From positions 36,273,181-36,337,180 of the forward strand of contig NC_083412.1 in NCBI RefSeq assembly GCF_020745735.1: DNA of 64,000 bases. Direction: 5' to 3'. The translations under genes and the position numbers were made by a program. This DNA is from Hemiscyllium ocellatum. Lineage: Eukaryota. Positions 1-12,708 of this stretch are shown piece by piece (the first letter of the stretch is position 1; every line of letters starts with the position of its first letter). Under the pieces are notes generated by a model, which saw only the letters and a list, made by a program, of their open reading frames with translations, searched no databases and was not told where the DNA came from.

Positions 1-374
1 CCTACTGCAGACTTTCATCTTTCCCATTCTAAATGTTTCTTCTTCCTGGAGTTTGTTTCTATTGTTCTGGGTTATTATGCAACAGGTTTCACTGTGCCTT
101 TGGTTGGTCCCTTTCTGGCTGGTCCATGCATATTAACTCGGCAACAGGCTGTCCTCTCAGACTGAACCACTTTTCTCCTGCTCCAGATGATAACCTCATG
201 TACGTCTCTGAGGTTGGTGCAATCCCAGCCTTGTTAGCATCTGTATTTATTAGAAGCTCTTGGAGGCAGCCTATGATCCCTTAAGGAAATAGGAGACTGT
301 AGGCAGGTCTCTGATTGCTCCCTGAAATAGGCAAAATGGGATTGTGTGGGTTTTTCAGTTAGCTACTGGGCCAC

Positions 375-508
375 CCTGATGAGGATCAATAACGTCAAAT
401 CTGAACTTAATTTCTCTTCCACTGATGCTGCTATGTCTGCCAACAGTGTTGCCAGCATTTTCTATTTTTATTTCAGGTTTGCAGCATCTCCAGCATGTTG
501 CTTTTGAA
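375..508 (+). mobile_element. Decayed PLE pseudo-LTR fragment with eroded HHR core
   Basis: ctgatga followed by eroded gatgctgc...ccagcattttctatttttatttcag...cagcatct tail shared with younger copies. Confidence 0.55.
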
Positions 509-970
509 TCTCAGAATATTGATACTTTCATAGTTTATTAAACCAATTACATACAGTGTTTTGACCATAACGTGATCTTCATTTTCTTAATTTCTAAGTA
601 AATCCAATCTAATTCAAAAAGTAGAAAAGACTTTCTCCTACATATTGGTCTTCTCGTTATGATGCTTTTGGTGCATTCAGATGTGATACATGGAGGTGTT
701 AAAATCTTATCTCGAATTATTTATGAGATCATGTGGAAATTCAATCCTTACACTTTTTCTTTTCAGTGACCCCCTTCTAAGATATTTTACACCTCTATCA
801 TTTTGGAAATTCATTGGTCAATCTTTCTTAGTTTATATGGTTTCTTCTACCCTTACAGGAAGGGGTGTGAGATTAAAAAAGAACCAGCCCTTTCTGATAT
901 CTCATGCAATTAGCAATTCTTAATGTGTGATCTTAGATGGTGAACTAAAACATAATAAAAAAACACTATG

Positions 971-1694
971 CAGAGGAACCTCGATTATCCGAATGAGATA
1001 AGCGGCACTATTTCATTTGGATAATTGATTCTTCGGTTAATTGATTTTCTCTAGGGCTCAGAGTTTTCTGTGAAGTCTGCTCCCCGTTCAGGAGACTAGG
1101 CAGCAACACACTGCGCATGAGACCCTGCCCCCAACCTTGTCCGCTGCCAGTCCTATCCACCACTGCACCCCCATCCACGCCCCGCCCCACCCCCAATCTC
1201 GCACCCACTAACATCCCCACCCACTGTCTGACCCCCGTCTGCACCACCGGCCCCATCCGACCATGCCCTGCTAGGCCAGCTGGACTGTACATTAACGTAA
1301 GACTGCTGCTGCCTTTGTGGGGTAATATCCAAATAGCGTGCGCGCGCACACACATACACGCACACAACTTTTTGACAGGTTCCACTCCTGCCCAGTACAG
1401 TACAATGTTAAAATGATTATCTGGGGCAGGGGTTTAGGGTTCACCTCTACGTAGAACTCCAGGGAAAGTGTGAGGGGAGAGAGAAAGGGTGGGAGGTCAG
1501 TCATTTGGAGATGGTGCCTGGACTGTCCAGCACTGTTCTCAGCAGCATTTCAGTGAGCTGAGTTTGTTTGTAATCATTGTACCAGTAAACAAAAGACGCG
1601 ATCAGGGTTGAAACAGCTCTTTGACGTAATGTTTCTATCGGGACCTTGAGATCCCCTCGGATAAACCGATATTCGGTTAATCGAGGTACCTCCG
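971..1694. mobile_element. Non-autonomous Tc1/mariner (Tigger/pogo-like) MITE
   Basis: TIRs cagaggaacctcgattatccgaa / ttcggttaatcgaggtacctccg; flanked by TG/TA (TA TSD, one side mutated); internal (CG/CA)n tract ~1337-1365. Confidence 0.75.
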
Positions 1695-2160
1695 TATTGA
1701 GAAAATAATGGAAATGAATAATTCACTAAATCTGGTTGGAGAGTAAATATTTTAATCTCTAAGCTTGTTTTTGCTCTGTTCCCTGCAAATTATTCCCTTT
1801 AACTAACAAAAGGAAAGCATAGTTTTAAAAGTCATCATATTTAAATATTAATCATGAACAACTTTAAATAGAGTAAGCTTTAACAGTAATTTTGGTCCAG
1901 AAATAATTCATGAGATTAGGCATTAGAATATAAGCAACAGTATTATTGTTGTTGTAACATTGCTGCACTATGAATTGTATACAGTTCCACTTTTCACTTT
2001 TCTAAGAATCCAGTACCCACTCCCTCAAGTTTTGATCTTGGAAAATGTACTTAATGATCAAGGAACTGCTACCCTTTGTCCCCTGTGGGATTGCATTTAA
2101 TCTATGACAAAGGCAATTTGTTTGGTACAATTTGTTTTTGAATTTCTTTTTAAACTTCAG

Positions 2161-2377
2161 GTCCAACTACAATTGACTTTGGAAATGTTTGTGTATATTC
2201 AACATCAAAGCAGATTTTAAATATTGTGAACAACTTACCCACTTACATACTAATTGAAGTGACAGCTGACTATCCAGAACTCCGGGAATCCAGCCCATTG
2301 TCTCAGGTGGTACCACCCACGACCGCAGCTTGCCTACCTATAATATTTGAATCTACATCAGAGGGAGCATTTCAAAA
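2161..2377 (+). CDS. cfap47: CFAP47 internal coding exon (window exon 1)
   Basis: ttcag| acceptor, aa|gtaagt donor; (G)PTTIDFGNVCVYSTSKQILNIVNNLPTYILIEVTADYPELRESSPLSQVVPPTTAACLPIIFESTSEGAFQK resembles recalled human CFAP47 (...DFGNVCVNS...). Confidence 0.93.
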
Positions 2378-2854
2378 GTAAGTTTCAAAGAAGAATTGCT
2401 TTGTTTTTCAATAGAGAAGCAAACTGTCAGTGAACATAAATAAATGAAAATAAATAAATAAGTTGGTTTTGGTCAATTGAATATGAGGGTGGTGACAAAG
2501 CAGGCAAAATAGTCTTTTTTGCCTCTCATATGTCAGTCTAATATTCATTTCTATTCAATTCCACATAAACAAACATGCAATGGACATTTCATGGGCAAAC
2601 AGTGCAGTACTGTACAGTTTGATTCCTTGTCCATTGTTAATTTCATCTCCACACTGCCTCACATGTTTTGATGTTGTAGCAAATTAAGTATAAATTATTG
2701 TTCTTACCTTCTGAGGTCTTATGCCACTGAGATGCACTGGGGACCTTATTGAAAGTTTAAGCAAGTGTGTTTCCATTTACTTTGCTAAAGGGTCTTGGAA
2801 AAAAAAAACATTTTCAAAAGCATAACTTAAAGTAGGTCTCAATTTCCAGATTAG

Positions 2855-3345
2855 AATTCTTTGAGGAGTTAACAAGTAGGATAGTTAAAGGGGTAACAAT
2901 GGGTGTAATATATTTGGATTTTCAGAATGCATTTGATAAGGTACCATACATAAGGTTACTTAACAAGGTAAGAGCCCATGGGTATTGTGGTTAGTATATT
3001 AGAATGGATAGAGGACTGGCTAGCTAATAGACAACGGAGAGTTATGATAAGACAGGATATTTTCAGACTAACAAATTGTAACTAGTGCCACAGGAATAAA
3101 TACTGCAACCATAATTATTTGGATAAGAAAGTGAATGTACTGCAGCTAAGTTTGTCGATGACATACAGATAAGTGTGAATGCAAGTGGTGAGGATGGCTT
3201 TAATGGTCTGAAAAAGACAGAGATAGGTTAAACAAGGAAAATAGAAGTGAAGAATATTATTTAAGAACAGAGAGGTGCAGAAATCTACAACACAGAAGTA
3301 TTTCGGGGTCCCATGAACACATTACAAAAAAGTTAGCATCCAAGT
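2855..3345 (+). mobile_element. CR1 LINE RT fragment (decayed)
   Basis: FFEELTSRIVKGVTMGVIYLDFQNAFDKVP and KFVDDIQI motifs. Confidence 0.85.
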
Positions 3346-3356
3346 CTTTATTTTTT

Positions 3357-5377
3357 TGGCAGCAGTTGAAATGGGAGGAGTGACAGCGAGGACCAGAGGC
3401 CCAATGGGAAGGTAAGTTTAAAGTATATAAGCTTATCTCAGGGGTTCAGTGGTCTTCATTTCTTCGATGGCAGTTGAAGTAGGAGGAGTGACAGTGAGGA
3501 CCAGAGGCCCGACAGGAAGATAAATTTAACTCGTGTATAGGTGGAGCGCATGCTGAGCAGAAGTGGACGTGGGACTGCTCGGTAATTGAGGATTTATATT
3601 CGGGTAGTTGCTTTACCCGAAGTAGTGTCGGGTAGCGTCTACCACCCATCCTCCTCCTCTAACCAGAAAAAAAGGCTCTATGCACCAGATTAAGTGAATT
3701 AAATGGACTAGTTTTTATTTTATTTTTTAGTTTTCAGTAATCTCATCGGGAATTTAGAATAGTGGGAATGGAGGTTAGGGCAGTTGAATGTTCCTCCTGC
3801 AGAATGTGGGAGGTAAGGGTCACCACTGTATCTGTGGGAAGTGCACTCAACGCTAGCTCCTCAAGAACTGTGTTGGGAACTGGAGCTGGAGCTGGATGAA
3901 CTTCAGATCATTCGGGAGGTGGAGGGGGTTATTGAGAGGACTTACAGGGAGGTAGTCACACCTCAGGTACAAGAGAAGGGGTAGATGGGTTACTGTCAGG
4001 GCACAGAAAGGGAATCGGCAGGCAGTGCAGGGATCCCCTGTGGCCGTTCCCTTCAACAACAAGTATACCGTTTTGGAGACTGTTGGGGGGAATGACTTAC
4101 CAGGGATAAGCAATGGGGCATGGATCTCTGGCACAGAGTCTGTCCGTGTTACTCAGAAAGGAAGGGGGAAGAGGAGCAGAGCATAAGTCATTGGCGGACA
4201 GATAGGAGGTTATATGGGAACGTGGGAGACTCACTGTTGGTGTGTTGCCACCCAGATGCCGGGTTCATGATGTCTCTGATCATGTTTTCGGGATCCTTGA
4301 GGGGAAGGGGAAGCAGCCCCAAGTTGTGGTCCACATAAGCACCAACGACATAGGCAGGAAGAGAGATGGGGAAGTACAGCAGACATTCAAGGAGCTAGGA
4401 TGGAAGCTTAGAGCTAGGACAGACAAAATTGTTATCTCTGGTTTGTTGCCCATGTCACAGGCTAGTGAGGCAATGAATAGGTAGAGAGACAAGTTGAACA
4501 CTTGGCGACAAGGATGATACAGTTCAGAAGACTTTTGGATTCCTGGATAATTGGGGCTCTTTCTGAGGTAGGTGGGCCCCTGCAAACAGGATGGTCTTCA
4601 CCTGAACCAGAGGGTTATCAATATTCTGGGTGGGATATTTGCTAATGCTCTTTGGGTAGGTTTAAGCTAATTCAGCAGAGAGATAGGAACCCAGATTGTA
4701 GCTTGAGTATACAGGAGGTTGAAAGTAGTGAGGTCCAAAATAAGGTTTCAAGGTCGCAAGAAGGCACCGGCAAGTAAGAAGTTGGTTTGAAATGTGTCTA
4801 CTTCAATGCCAGGAGCATCTGGAATAAGGTGGGTGAACTTGCAGTATGGATTGGTACTTGGCATTTTGATTTTGTGGCTATTTCGGACACATGGATAGAA
4901 CAGGGACAGGAATGGTTGTTGCAGGTTCTAGGATTTAGATGTTTCAGTAAGAACAGAGAAAATGGTAAAAGAGTGGGACATGTGGCATTGTTAGTCCAGG
5001 ACAGTATTATGGTTGCAGAAAGGATGTTTGAGGGCTCGTCTACTGAGATAGTATGGGCTGAGGTTAGAAACTGGAAAGGAGAGGAGACCCTGTTGGGAGT
5101 GTTTGGCCTCCGAATAGTTCCACAGATAATTGGGGCTCTTTCTGGGGTAGGTAGGAAAGAATAGTAAAAATGATTCTTTTTAGGAGCAAGAGTGATAGGG
5201 TAGTTATTATGAGGGATTTTAATTTTCCAAATATTGACTGGGAATTCTATAGTTCAAGCACTTTAGATGGGTCAATTTTTGTCCAATGTGTGCAGGAGGG
5301 TTTCCTGACACAATATGTAGACAGGCCAATAAGGGGCGAGGCCACATTGGATTTGGTATTGGGGAATGAACCTGGCT
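3357..5377 (+). mobile_element. CR1 LINE 5' portion: 5'UTR, ORF1 (Cys motif + SGNH esterase), start of ORF2 APE endonuclease
   Basis: MEVRAVECSSCRMWE at ~3768; VVHISTNDIG and DGLHLN esterase motifs; CVYFNARSI...DFNFPNIDW...LDLVLGNEPG endonuclease; frameshifted. Confidence 0.88.
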
Positions 5378-5511
5378 AAGTCACTGAATATATTTAAGGA
5401 AGAAATAGATAGATTTCTATCAGTTAAAGGTGTCGAGAGCTCTGGGTAGAGGGCAGGAGTATGACATTGATAGAGAGGCCCAGCCATGATCATTTTCATG
5501 AGTGGAGCAGG

Positions 5512-5689
5512 AGAAAGTGAAGACTGCAGATGCTAGAGATCAGAGTCGAGAGTGTGGTGCTGGAAAAGCACAGCAGTCAGGCAGCATCCGAGGAGCAGGG
5601 GATGAAATGCTTATGCTTGAAACATCGATTCTCCTGCTCCAAGAATGCTGCCTGACCTGCTGTGCTTTTCCAGCACCACACTCTTGAAT
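5512..5689. mobile_element. Fold-back pLTR-only PLE insertion inside a CR1 3' tail
   Basis: Inverted arms gtgctggaaaagcacagcag... / ...ctgctgtgcttttccagcac; TSD agtggagcagg at 5501-5511 and 5690-5700; eroded HHR gatgaaatgcttatgcttgaaacatc. Confidence 0.8.
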
Positions 5690-6049
5690 AGTGGAGCAGG
5701 CTCAATACTCCTCCTGTTTTCCCTGGGCTGAATGTTATGTTCTTTTGGCTCAGTGCCAATTGTGTTGTCTTTTTGGAGGGTATTTCATTGCGAGGCCTTG
5801 CAATTTTTTTTTGCAGTATCATGCCAAACTCACCTTATTAACTACCTTCCCTACCAATGGCATCCCTCATGTCTGAATTTAGTCCCATCTTACCAAACAC
5901 CATTCCAAGAACAATTCAGTACAGCCAGGATATCCCAGAATTCACCGGCAACCCTGGCAACTGTGCCTTCTTTAAAGTTTGTTGGGCACCTGGACAAGCA
6001 AACACTGTCAGGCAGAGTTACCCTGTGCAGTTCTTGGCTTTCATCCCAG

Positions 6050-6260
6050 ACATGATTAACAAGTGGAAATTGGTGCCTTGCATCGCAGGCAGGACTGCTG
6101 GATGGGGTAGTGCAGAGGCAGGACTCCTTCCCCCAGGAACAGCAGTGGAGGCAGCAACACCAGATCATGCCAACCTGATCTGAGATTGTCACCCAGGCTA
6201 CTGCAGTCTCAACTATCTGGATTAATGCCTCACAATGTTGGGAGTAGGCCATCCCTCCAA
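6050..6260 (+). mobile_element. Harbinger Myb/SANT-like ORF relic
   Basis: LLDGVVQRQDSFPQEQQWRQQHQIMPT*SEIVTQATAVSTIWINASQC resembles PIF/Harbinger Myb/SANT proteins. Confidence 0.55.
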
Positions 6261-6782
6261 TAGCTCACACTCACCTCTATCTCTGCTATTGTACTGGCTT
6301 CCCATCAAGACTAAACTGTCTACCACCCTCACGCAACATCTTAACTCACTCACTCTCACCCACCTCAAGCGCCAGCACCATTAACCTTGCGTGACCTCTG
6401 CATGGCCTCCTCACTCAATCAGGACAACTCGCTGCCTGGATGGAATGTAACAAAAGAGCCAACCAAATTCACCTCCCTTGATCTTTGCCTCACTTTCAGT
6501 CAAGGAGGAATATAACCCTCGATGGGGCAAAGCTGGTGGGCTGACTGACATTCAGCTCCTCACTCCTTATAAGGAGAACACCCTGACTCAGACCTCTCCT
6601 GGTGGCTGACTGCTCATGTCCAAGTCCCTGAGCTGGTATCAGAGACTACCCTGAACTTGAGTCATTCAGATTCCCTGCTGAAGGATAATCCCTAGACTTG
6701 ACTGAAGCCTGCTGACAACCATGACAAGCTTTCTGCCTTTGTGCCTGCTCTAAACAGGACAATAAGACAGTAGTAATGTGAT

Positions 6783-7008
6783 AAAACAAATAACTGCAGA
6801 TGCTGAAAATCTGAAACAAAAGAAACAGAAATTGCTGGAGAAACTCATTCAGTCTAACGGCATCTGTGGAGAGAAAGAAGAGTTAAAGTTTCTTGTTCAG
6901 TGACCCTTCTTCAGAGCCCATGGGTGGACCTGTAACATTAATTTTGCTTTCTCTTCATAGATGCTGTCAGACTGAATGAGTTTCTCCAGCAATTTCTGTT
7001 CTTCTTTC
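6783..7008. mobile_element. Older fold-back PLE-pLTR element
   Basis: Inverted arms acagaaattgctggagaaactca / tgagtttctccagcaatttctgt; minus-strand ctgaagaagggtcactg HHR remnant. Confidence 0.7.
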
Positions 7009-8413
7009 AATATTAATGGGCCTAGTATCTCTGACTGAGTGGCAAAGTGCACAAAGGCAAAGCAATGCAAGGCAGGAATACTATGAGCATCCAGGTAGGC
7101 TCTGAATAAGTGAGTGTTGTGATAGCAGGTGAAGAGGCTGAAGATACAGCCTGGACCAGTCCATGAGCTGAGTCCATATCCATGAGCACACTGTGTCCTT
7201 GCAGCAGCATTACAACAATAGTTGGTGCAGCACAGAAGTGTAGAAGTGTCTTGTAAGTAGGTCAGAGTTAGTGGATCAATTGTGTTTAGCTGTTTAGTGT
7301 GTTTGATAACATAGGAAATTGCATATTAATGAGATAAGTTGGGCAGTTAACAAGATATTTAACAAGCTAATTTCCCTTAATAGGCAACTTCCCACTGCCC
7401 AGCAGGAAACTCACCACACCACTTATCGAAAGTATAACAGATGGTGAGAAGTGCTCTTGATATTGAGATGGGCCTCACTGGACTTTTCATCTAAATCTGT
7501 CGCAAATCTGACAATAAACCTTGAATACACCGGATAAAATTGTGCTCTATTGCTAATCCTGTTCAAGTCCTTACCTAACTGTGCAATCTCAGAATTTCAG
7601 CTGAGATTACTGGATACAAATCAGGAGCATGAACTCTCTCATCGATTCATGCTGATTTTTAATTCTGACATTGCAATTGCTGCCTGGCTAAAAGCACAAC
7701 TAATTCACTGATGTGTGAAAGGAAAGACTGAAAACAGGAATATCATGACTTGTATGGCTCAGATTCACACTGATAGTATGCTTACTAAATGAGTTGATGG
7801 CAGTGTTTCTAAAAGGAATTTCTGAATTGAATATGACAGCAACTTGTAATTTGCTATAATCACTTGGTTGTCAAGAATAACTTGAAAGAATGTTGCTGAG
7901 GTATGAAAATAGAAAGTGAAGTTGGATGAATTGAAGCAACTTTTCTTTACAATACTACCTTGTAATGTTCAATCAGCAATGATAGCTACCATCCGTAAAG
8001 TTTGCATTTGGCATGCTTATTAGTCTTGGTGATGTGACATCTTGGACTCCTAAGTGTAGTTTGAGAATCTGAATGCTGTTTTGAAATGGGCACAATTTAA
8101 AATTGTTTTAAATTGTGGATTTTACGATGGTAAATTTGATTCATTTGCAACTCCCTTTCCCAATAAGTATTTGCTGTATCTTAATTTCTATCACATATTG
8201 GGCAATGCAAAAACGGATGCAACTGTCTCCAGATTAGAAAAGCAGTGTTAATGTTGGGCAGGACACTTAATAGGTGTGCAATAGACTGAGAGGAGCTCAT
8301 ATATTTCTAGGATTTTAAACAGAATCATCTGTTAGCATTGGAGGTATTGTGATCAATAATGCTTGTTTCTTCAGCTGCTATTGCAAAAATATTAGCTTTC
8401 TTTTATGATGCAG

Positions 8414-8658
8414 GTCAATAGACTACAAGATAAATAATCATCACGTCGGTCGTATATTAATACTGGCAAATGTGGTTTGTGTGGCTCTTGAGCTATCAAC
8501 CAACGAAGTGGTGCTGACCCCAAACTATGGGTATCTAGCAGAAACGGGCTTCAGAACAACTGTGCGGCTTTACAACAGGCGGAACTACCCTGCACAATTC
8601 AGCTGGAGTCCAATCCTCTCAGAAGATGGAATCGCATTCTTTATCCGACCTGATGGAG
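8414..8658 (+). CDS. cfap47: CFAP47 exon 2
   Basis: tgcag| ... g|gtattt; phase 2 join; SIDYKINNHHVGRILILANVVCVALELSTNEVVLTPNYGYLAETGFRTTVRLYNRRNYPAQFSWSPILSEDGIAFFIRPDG (human LELSSNELVL...TVRLYNRQN). Confidence 0.93.
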
Positions 8659-8743
8659 GTATTTGGTGTAAAAATTAAGTTAGCTGGAGGAAGAAGCAAA
8701 AAGAGAGTAAATTAATCAAGTCATTCTTTCCTCCCTTTAAAGT

Positions 8744-9075
8744 AGCATTAGTAACACCATAACTATCAAAGACAACACCATCAGAAATACCATCATCAGA
8801 GAATTTGCCATCAAAGATATCACCATCAGAAACATCAACATTAGAAACATCATCATCAGAAACACCTCTGTCAGAGGCATCATCATCAGACGCACCACCA
8901 TCAGAAACACCACCATCAGAGGCATTACCATCAAAAACATCAACATCTGAGACATTACCATCAAAGACATTCATCAGAAACACCATCATCAGACACTCCA
9001 GCTTTAGAAATACCACTGTCAGAGATCCCGCTATCAGAGACACCACCATCAGAGACACTGTCAATAACACTAGTA
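8744..9075. repeat. Degenerate 15-bp minisatellite (consensus ACCATCAGAAACACC, ~21 units)
   Basis: Directly visible periodicity; gives low-complexity ORFs on both strands. Confidence 0.9.
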
Positions 9076-11181
9076 GATATAGCTGAATTCTCCTGAGTTA
9101 CAAAGAGTGATGAAAAGGAAATTCTTCTCAGAGAATGGTGAATCTGTAGAATTCTTTCCCACATAAAGCTATCAAGGCTGAGTCATGTATATTCAAGGCT
9201 AAGATGGATATACTTTAAAAGGCAGAAAAATAAAATTGAGGATTATCTAATTAACTGTGATATTATTGAATGACAGATCAAACACAATGGACCAAATGGC
9301 CTACTTTTGTTTCTATTTCCTTATGGTTTTGTGGATTTACATGCCTCTCACATGGCAGAAGGAATGGACACTGTGGTCTGTCTGGAAAGACCTGGCCTCA
9401 GTCTCTGCTTTCAGCATGTTGTGTGTTCTCTTCTGTAAGGAGAGAAAACAGAAATGAGTGAGCATTCTTAATGGTTTTAGTGGGAAGGGTAACATTGGAG
9501 AGGCTAACTTTGCAAGACAGCAAAAGGATGAGGCTGTGTGGTGATAGTTTAGATGAGAAGTGAGGAATTGGCAGCTGAGAGAGAAATGAGTGAAACTGCG
9601 AACTGTTGTCCTCAACAGTGTTGTGGAGTAGAATGTTGTCAAGGTCACAGTGTCAGGCTTGATATTATGCCTCTCAATTGTCATGCCTTCCTGGAGTCCT
9701 AAATTCCTTAGGTGTGCTGTCTCCAGGTTGGAGCGATTATGCTCCTTTTGCAGACTCCATTTGAGCATTCATCCATGTCTGCCTGGGTGGTAATCCTTCC
9801 ATCCTTAGAGCTTGCTCCACTGCAGTCTCTCAGATCCTACAATAGGACCACCAGGTGAGAGACAAAGAGAATCAAGGAGCAGCCTTCGTAGGTCTGATCT
9901 CCATTTTGTATGGCTCTGCAGCCTCAGCATCTGCAAATGTTGGTAAGTCCTTCTAACCCACGTCGTGATCCTGTATTAGAAATTCACCCTTTGACAGATC
10001 TAGCTCATCATTTCACTTTGATTGGTCAGGGAATCTGGAAGGTGGATGCTAAGGTCGTGGTTCTGTGGAGGAGCCCTGGCAAAGTCTGCCAATGACTGTA
10101 AATAGTCCTGCAGTTCCAGCAATATCTAAAGTCAGAAGATTTCACCGTAGAGTACAAGATGCCAGAAATCCATATTAAACCCCCATTATACGTTGGTTTG
10201 GCCTCAGACAACTGTATATTTGGAAGAATGCTAAGACATTAGAAAGGCTGGTGAGGGGTGTTGTACCAGACATATATGACTGGAGAAGTTAGAGTGTCTT
10301 TCTTAGAGCAAACAAGATTAAAAGGAGTTATGATAGAGGCATGCATTTGATCGAGTAAATAAGCAAGAACAATTCCAGTAATTAGACTAAAACTGATTTG
10401 TACACTCAAAGACACTTATAGCACAGAAGGAAGGCATTCACCCATCTTGTCCACACCAATCAACAAAGATATGGCTACATTAATCCCATGTTCCAGCTTC
10501 AGGCCTATACCGTAGGAGGCTGTCGCAATGCAAGCAGCTATATAAATACTGCTTAAATGTCACAAGAGGTTTTGACCCAGTCAGCCTCTCAGACAGTGAG
10601 TTCCTGAACAAAAGACCTCCTCAACTTTCCTGTTAGTCTTCTACCTCTTACCTTAAATCTATGTCTACTAGTTGTTGACCCTTCTGTGAATGCTTAAAAA
10701 AAGTGCCTTCTTATCTTCCGATCTGTGCCCCTTGTAATACCCATCGATTTTGTCAACACTCAATCTTTGCTGCTCCAAGTAAAACAATCCCAACCTGTAT
10801 CACCTTTCCTCATAGCTTGAACCTTGTTTATTTATCTAACAACCTAATTTTTTATGCCACAAGTTATTATGACCTACAAAGCCTGATCTGAAAGGATAGT
10901 GAAAGCAAATTCAACAGTGACTTTCAAAAGAAAATTGAATAACCGTTTGAGGGGCAAAAGAAATTGAAGGTGATCTGGGAGCAGAGCTGGGTGCTAATTA
11001 GATAGCTCCATTAAAGAATGATGCATACGTGATGGGCCAAATGGCCATGACTATTCTATGAAGGGAAAAGTTGCTATGAGAAGCTGAGGAGGAAAATACC
11101 TATTATCTCAACTCAATATCATTTTTTTCTTCCAATTGTGTTGTTCATTATAACATTACATGTGAACTATACTTTATGCAG

Positions 11182-11312
11182 GCATCGTAGATGCTTTCAA
11201 TGATCTGGAATGTGAAGTGGCCTGGCATGCCTCATTCTTCTCCCCTAAGGAAGGAGAGTTCGATCTTATTGTACATCATGGGAACAAACTGAGATTGAAA
11301 TGTATTGCTAAG
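11182..11312 (+). CDS. cfap47: CFAP47 exon 3
   Basis: atgcag| ... aag|gtacaa; GIVDAFNDLECEVAWHASFFSPKEGEFDLIVHHGNKLRLKCIAK (human LECEVTW...SPEEGEF...LKLKCVA). Confidence 0.93.
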
Positions 11313-12149
11313 GTACAATTTTATTTTAAAATGGTCTGCTCTAAAATGAGTTTGAATATATACTTTATATTTGCTTAATTTGTTAATGAATATGAATTAG
11401 CTTCGTCTGTCTTCTAATAGAGGACGCTGTACCTTTTGTATCCATTGTCTTCAACAACCTGTAGGAATTGTTAGAAGGGTTTCTTATTCGATTTGGAAAT
11501 ACTATATTCATGTTAAGTTTTACTTATAATTTGTACTTCAGGCATTTAATTCTCCTGATTCATTGGAATGCATGCAGTTGCCTTTAGTAATCATGTGGCA
11601 GTGAAGTATATAAGCTGTTCCAATTTAAACTATATCTTCTGTTTTAAAGCACTATCTTTTATGAATTCAAATGTTTCATTTGCTTCGTTCTTAGTTTTTT
11701 TCATGCTGTAATCCTCAGTCAGAAAAGAATAACTCAGTTCAGATTTCATTAGGAGATATCTACAATATATTAACTTATTTTACTAGATCATCTCATTGCC
11801 CTGAGCTCACTGGCACCATTCCTTTATTCTCAAGATTGGTGGCATCAAGCCTCATTCCAGATGGTTGAGCACAAATTTAGACCAACAATTCACTGCAGTG
11901 CTGAATGATTGCTGTGCTTTCAGAGACTTGGTCGGAATTTATTCCAAGTGACAAGGTCTGACCTGTATAGCCTGTAGGCAGAAATATAACCTGAACACCC
12001 CCAAAGAGCTATTGGTCAATCAGAGATTGGCAGTTCTCCATTGTAGATAGTACCACCAGGAACAGTGGCAGCCATTGGTAACATCCCTTCCAAATGCCTA
12101 GTATAGTTGAGGAATCCAATTGACATTGGGATGGGTTGGTAGGTTGGAT

Positions 12150-12708
12150 GTCGTTAGCTAGACAGGGCCTTCAGCCCACCATTGCTGTGCTGACCAATCA
12201 ATACTGAACTACACTAATCTTATTTATCAGTACTTGGTCTATAGCCCGCTATGCCCTGGTGTTTAAAGAATTCTTCCAGGTGTTTCTTAAAAGTTGCTGG
12301 AGCACCTGCCTCCACCACCCTTTCAGGCAGCAAGTTTCATATTTCTACCATCATCTGGGTGAAAATAGCTTTTATCAAATCTCCTCTAAACCACTTGCTC
12401 CTCATCTTAAACTTATGTCCTCTGGTCTTATCACATCTACTAGTTTAAATCCCATAGATTCACCACTCTCTTGCTGAAGAGGTTTCTCCTTATCTCCATT
12501 CTAAAAGGTCTTTCCTTTACTCTAAGGCTATGCCCTCGGGTCTCTCCAACCAATTGAAACATCTTCCAAACATCTACTCTGTCCAGGCCATTCAGTATTC
12601 TGTATGTTTCAATTAGATACCCCTTCATCCTTCTAACCTCCATCAAGTATAGACCTAGATTACTCAAACGTTCCCCATATGTTAAGTTTTTCATTTCTGG
12701 GACCATTC
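12150..12708 (-). mobile_element. Two CR1 3' fragments
   Basis: YGERLSNLGLYLMEVRRMKGYLIETYRIL...TRGHSLRV C-terminal CR1 ORF2 motif. Confidence 0.8.

Noticed and set aside
8805-9086. Mucin-like SETPP ORF as an extra CFAP47 exon
   Set aside because: No good polypyrimidine acceptor or donor; flanking exons already join in phase and are collinear with the recalled human protein.
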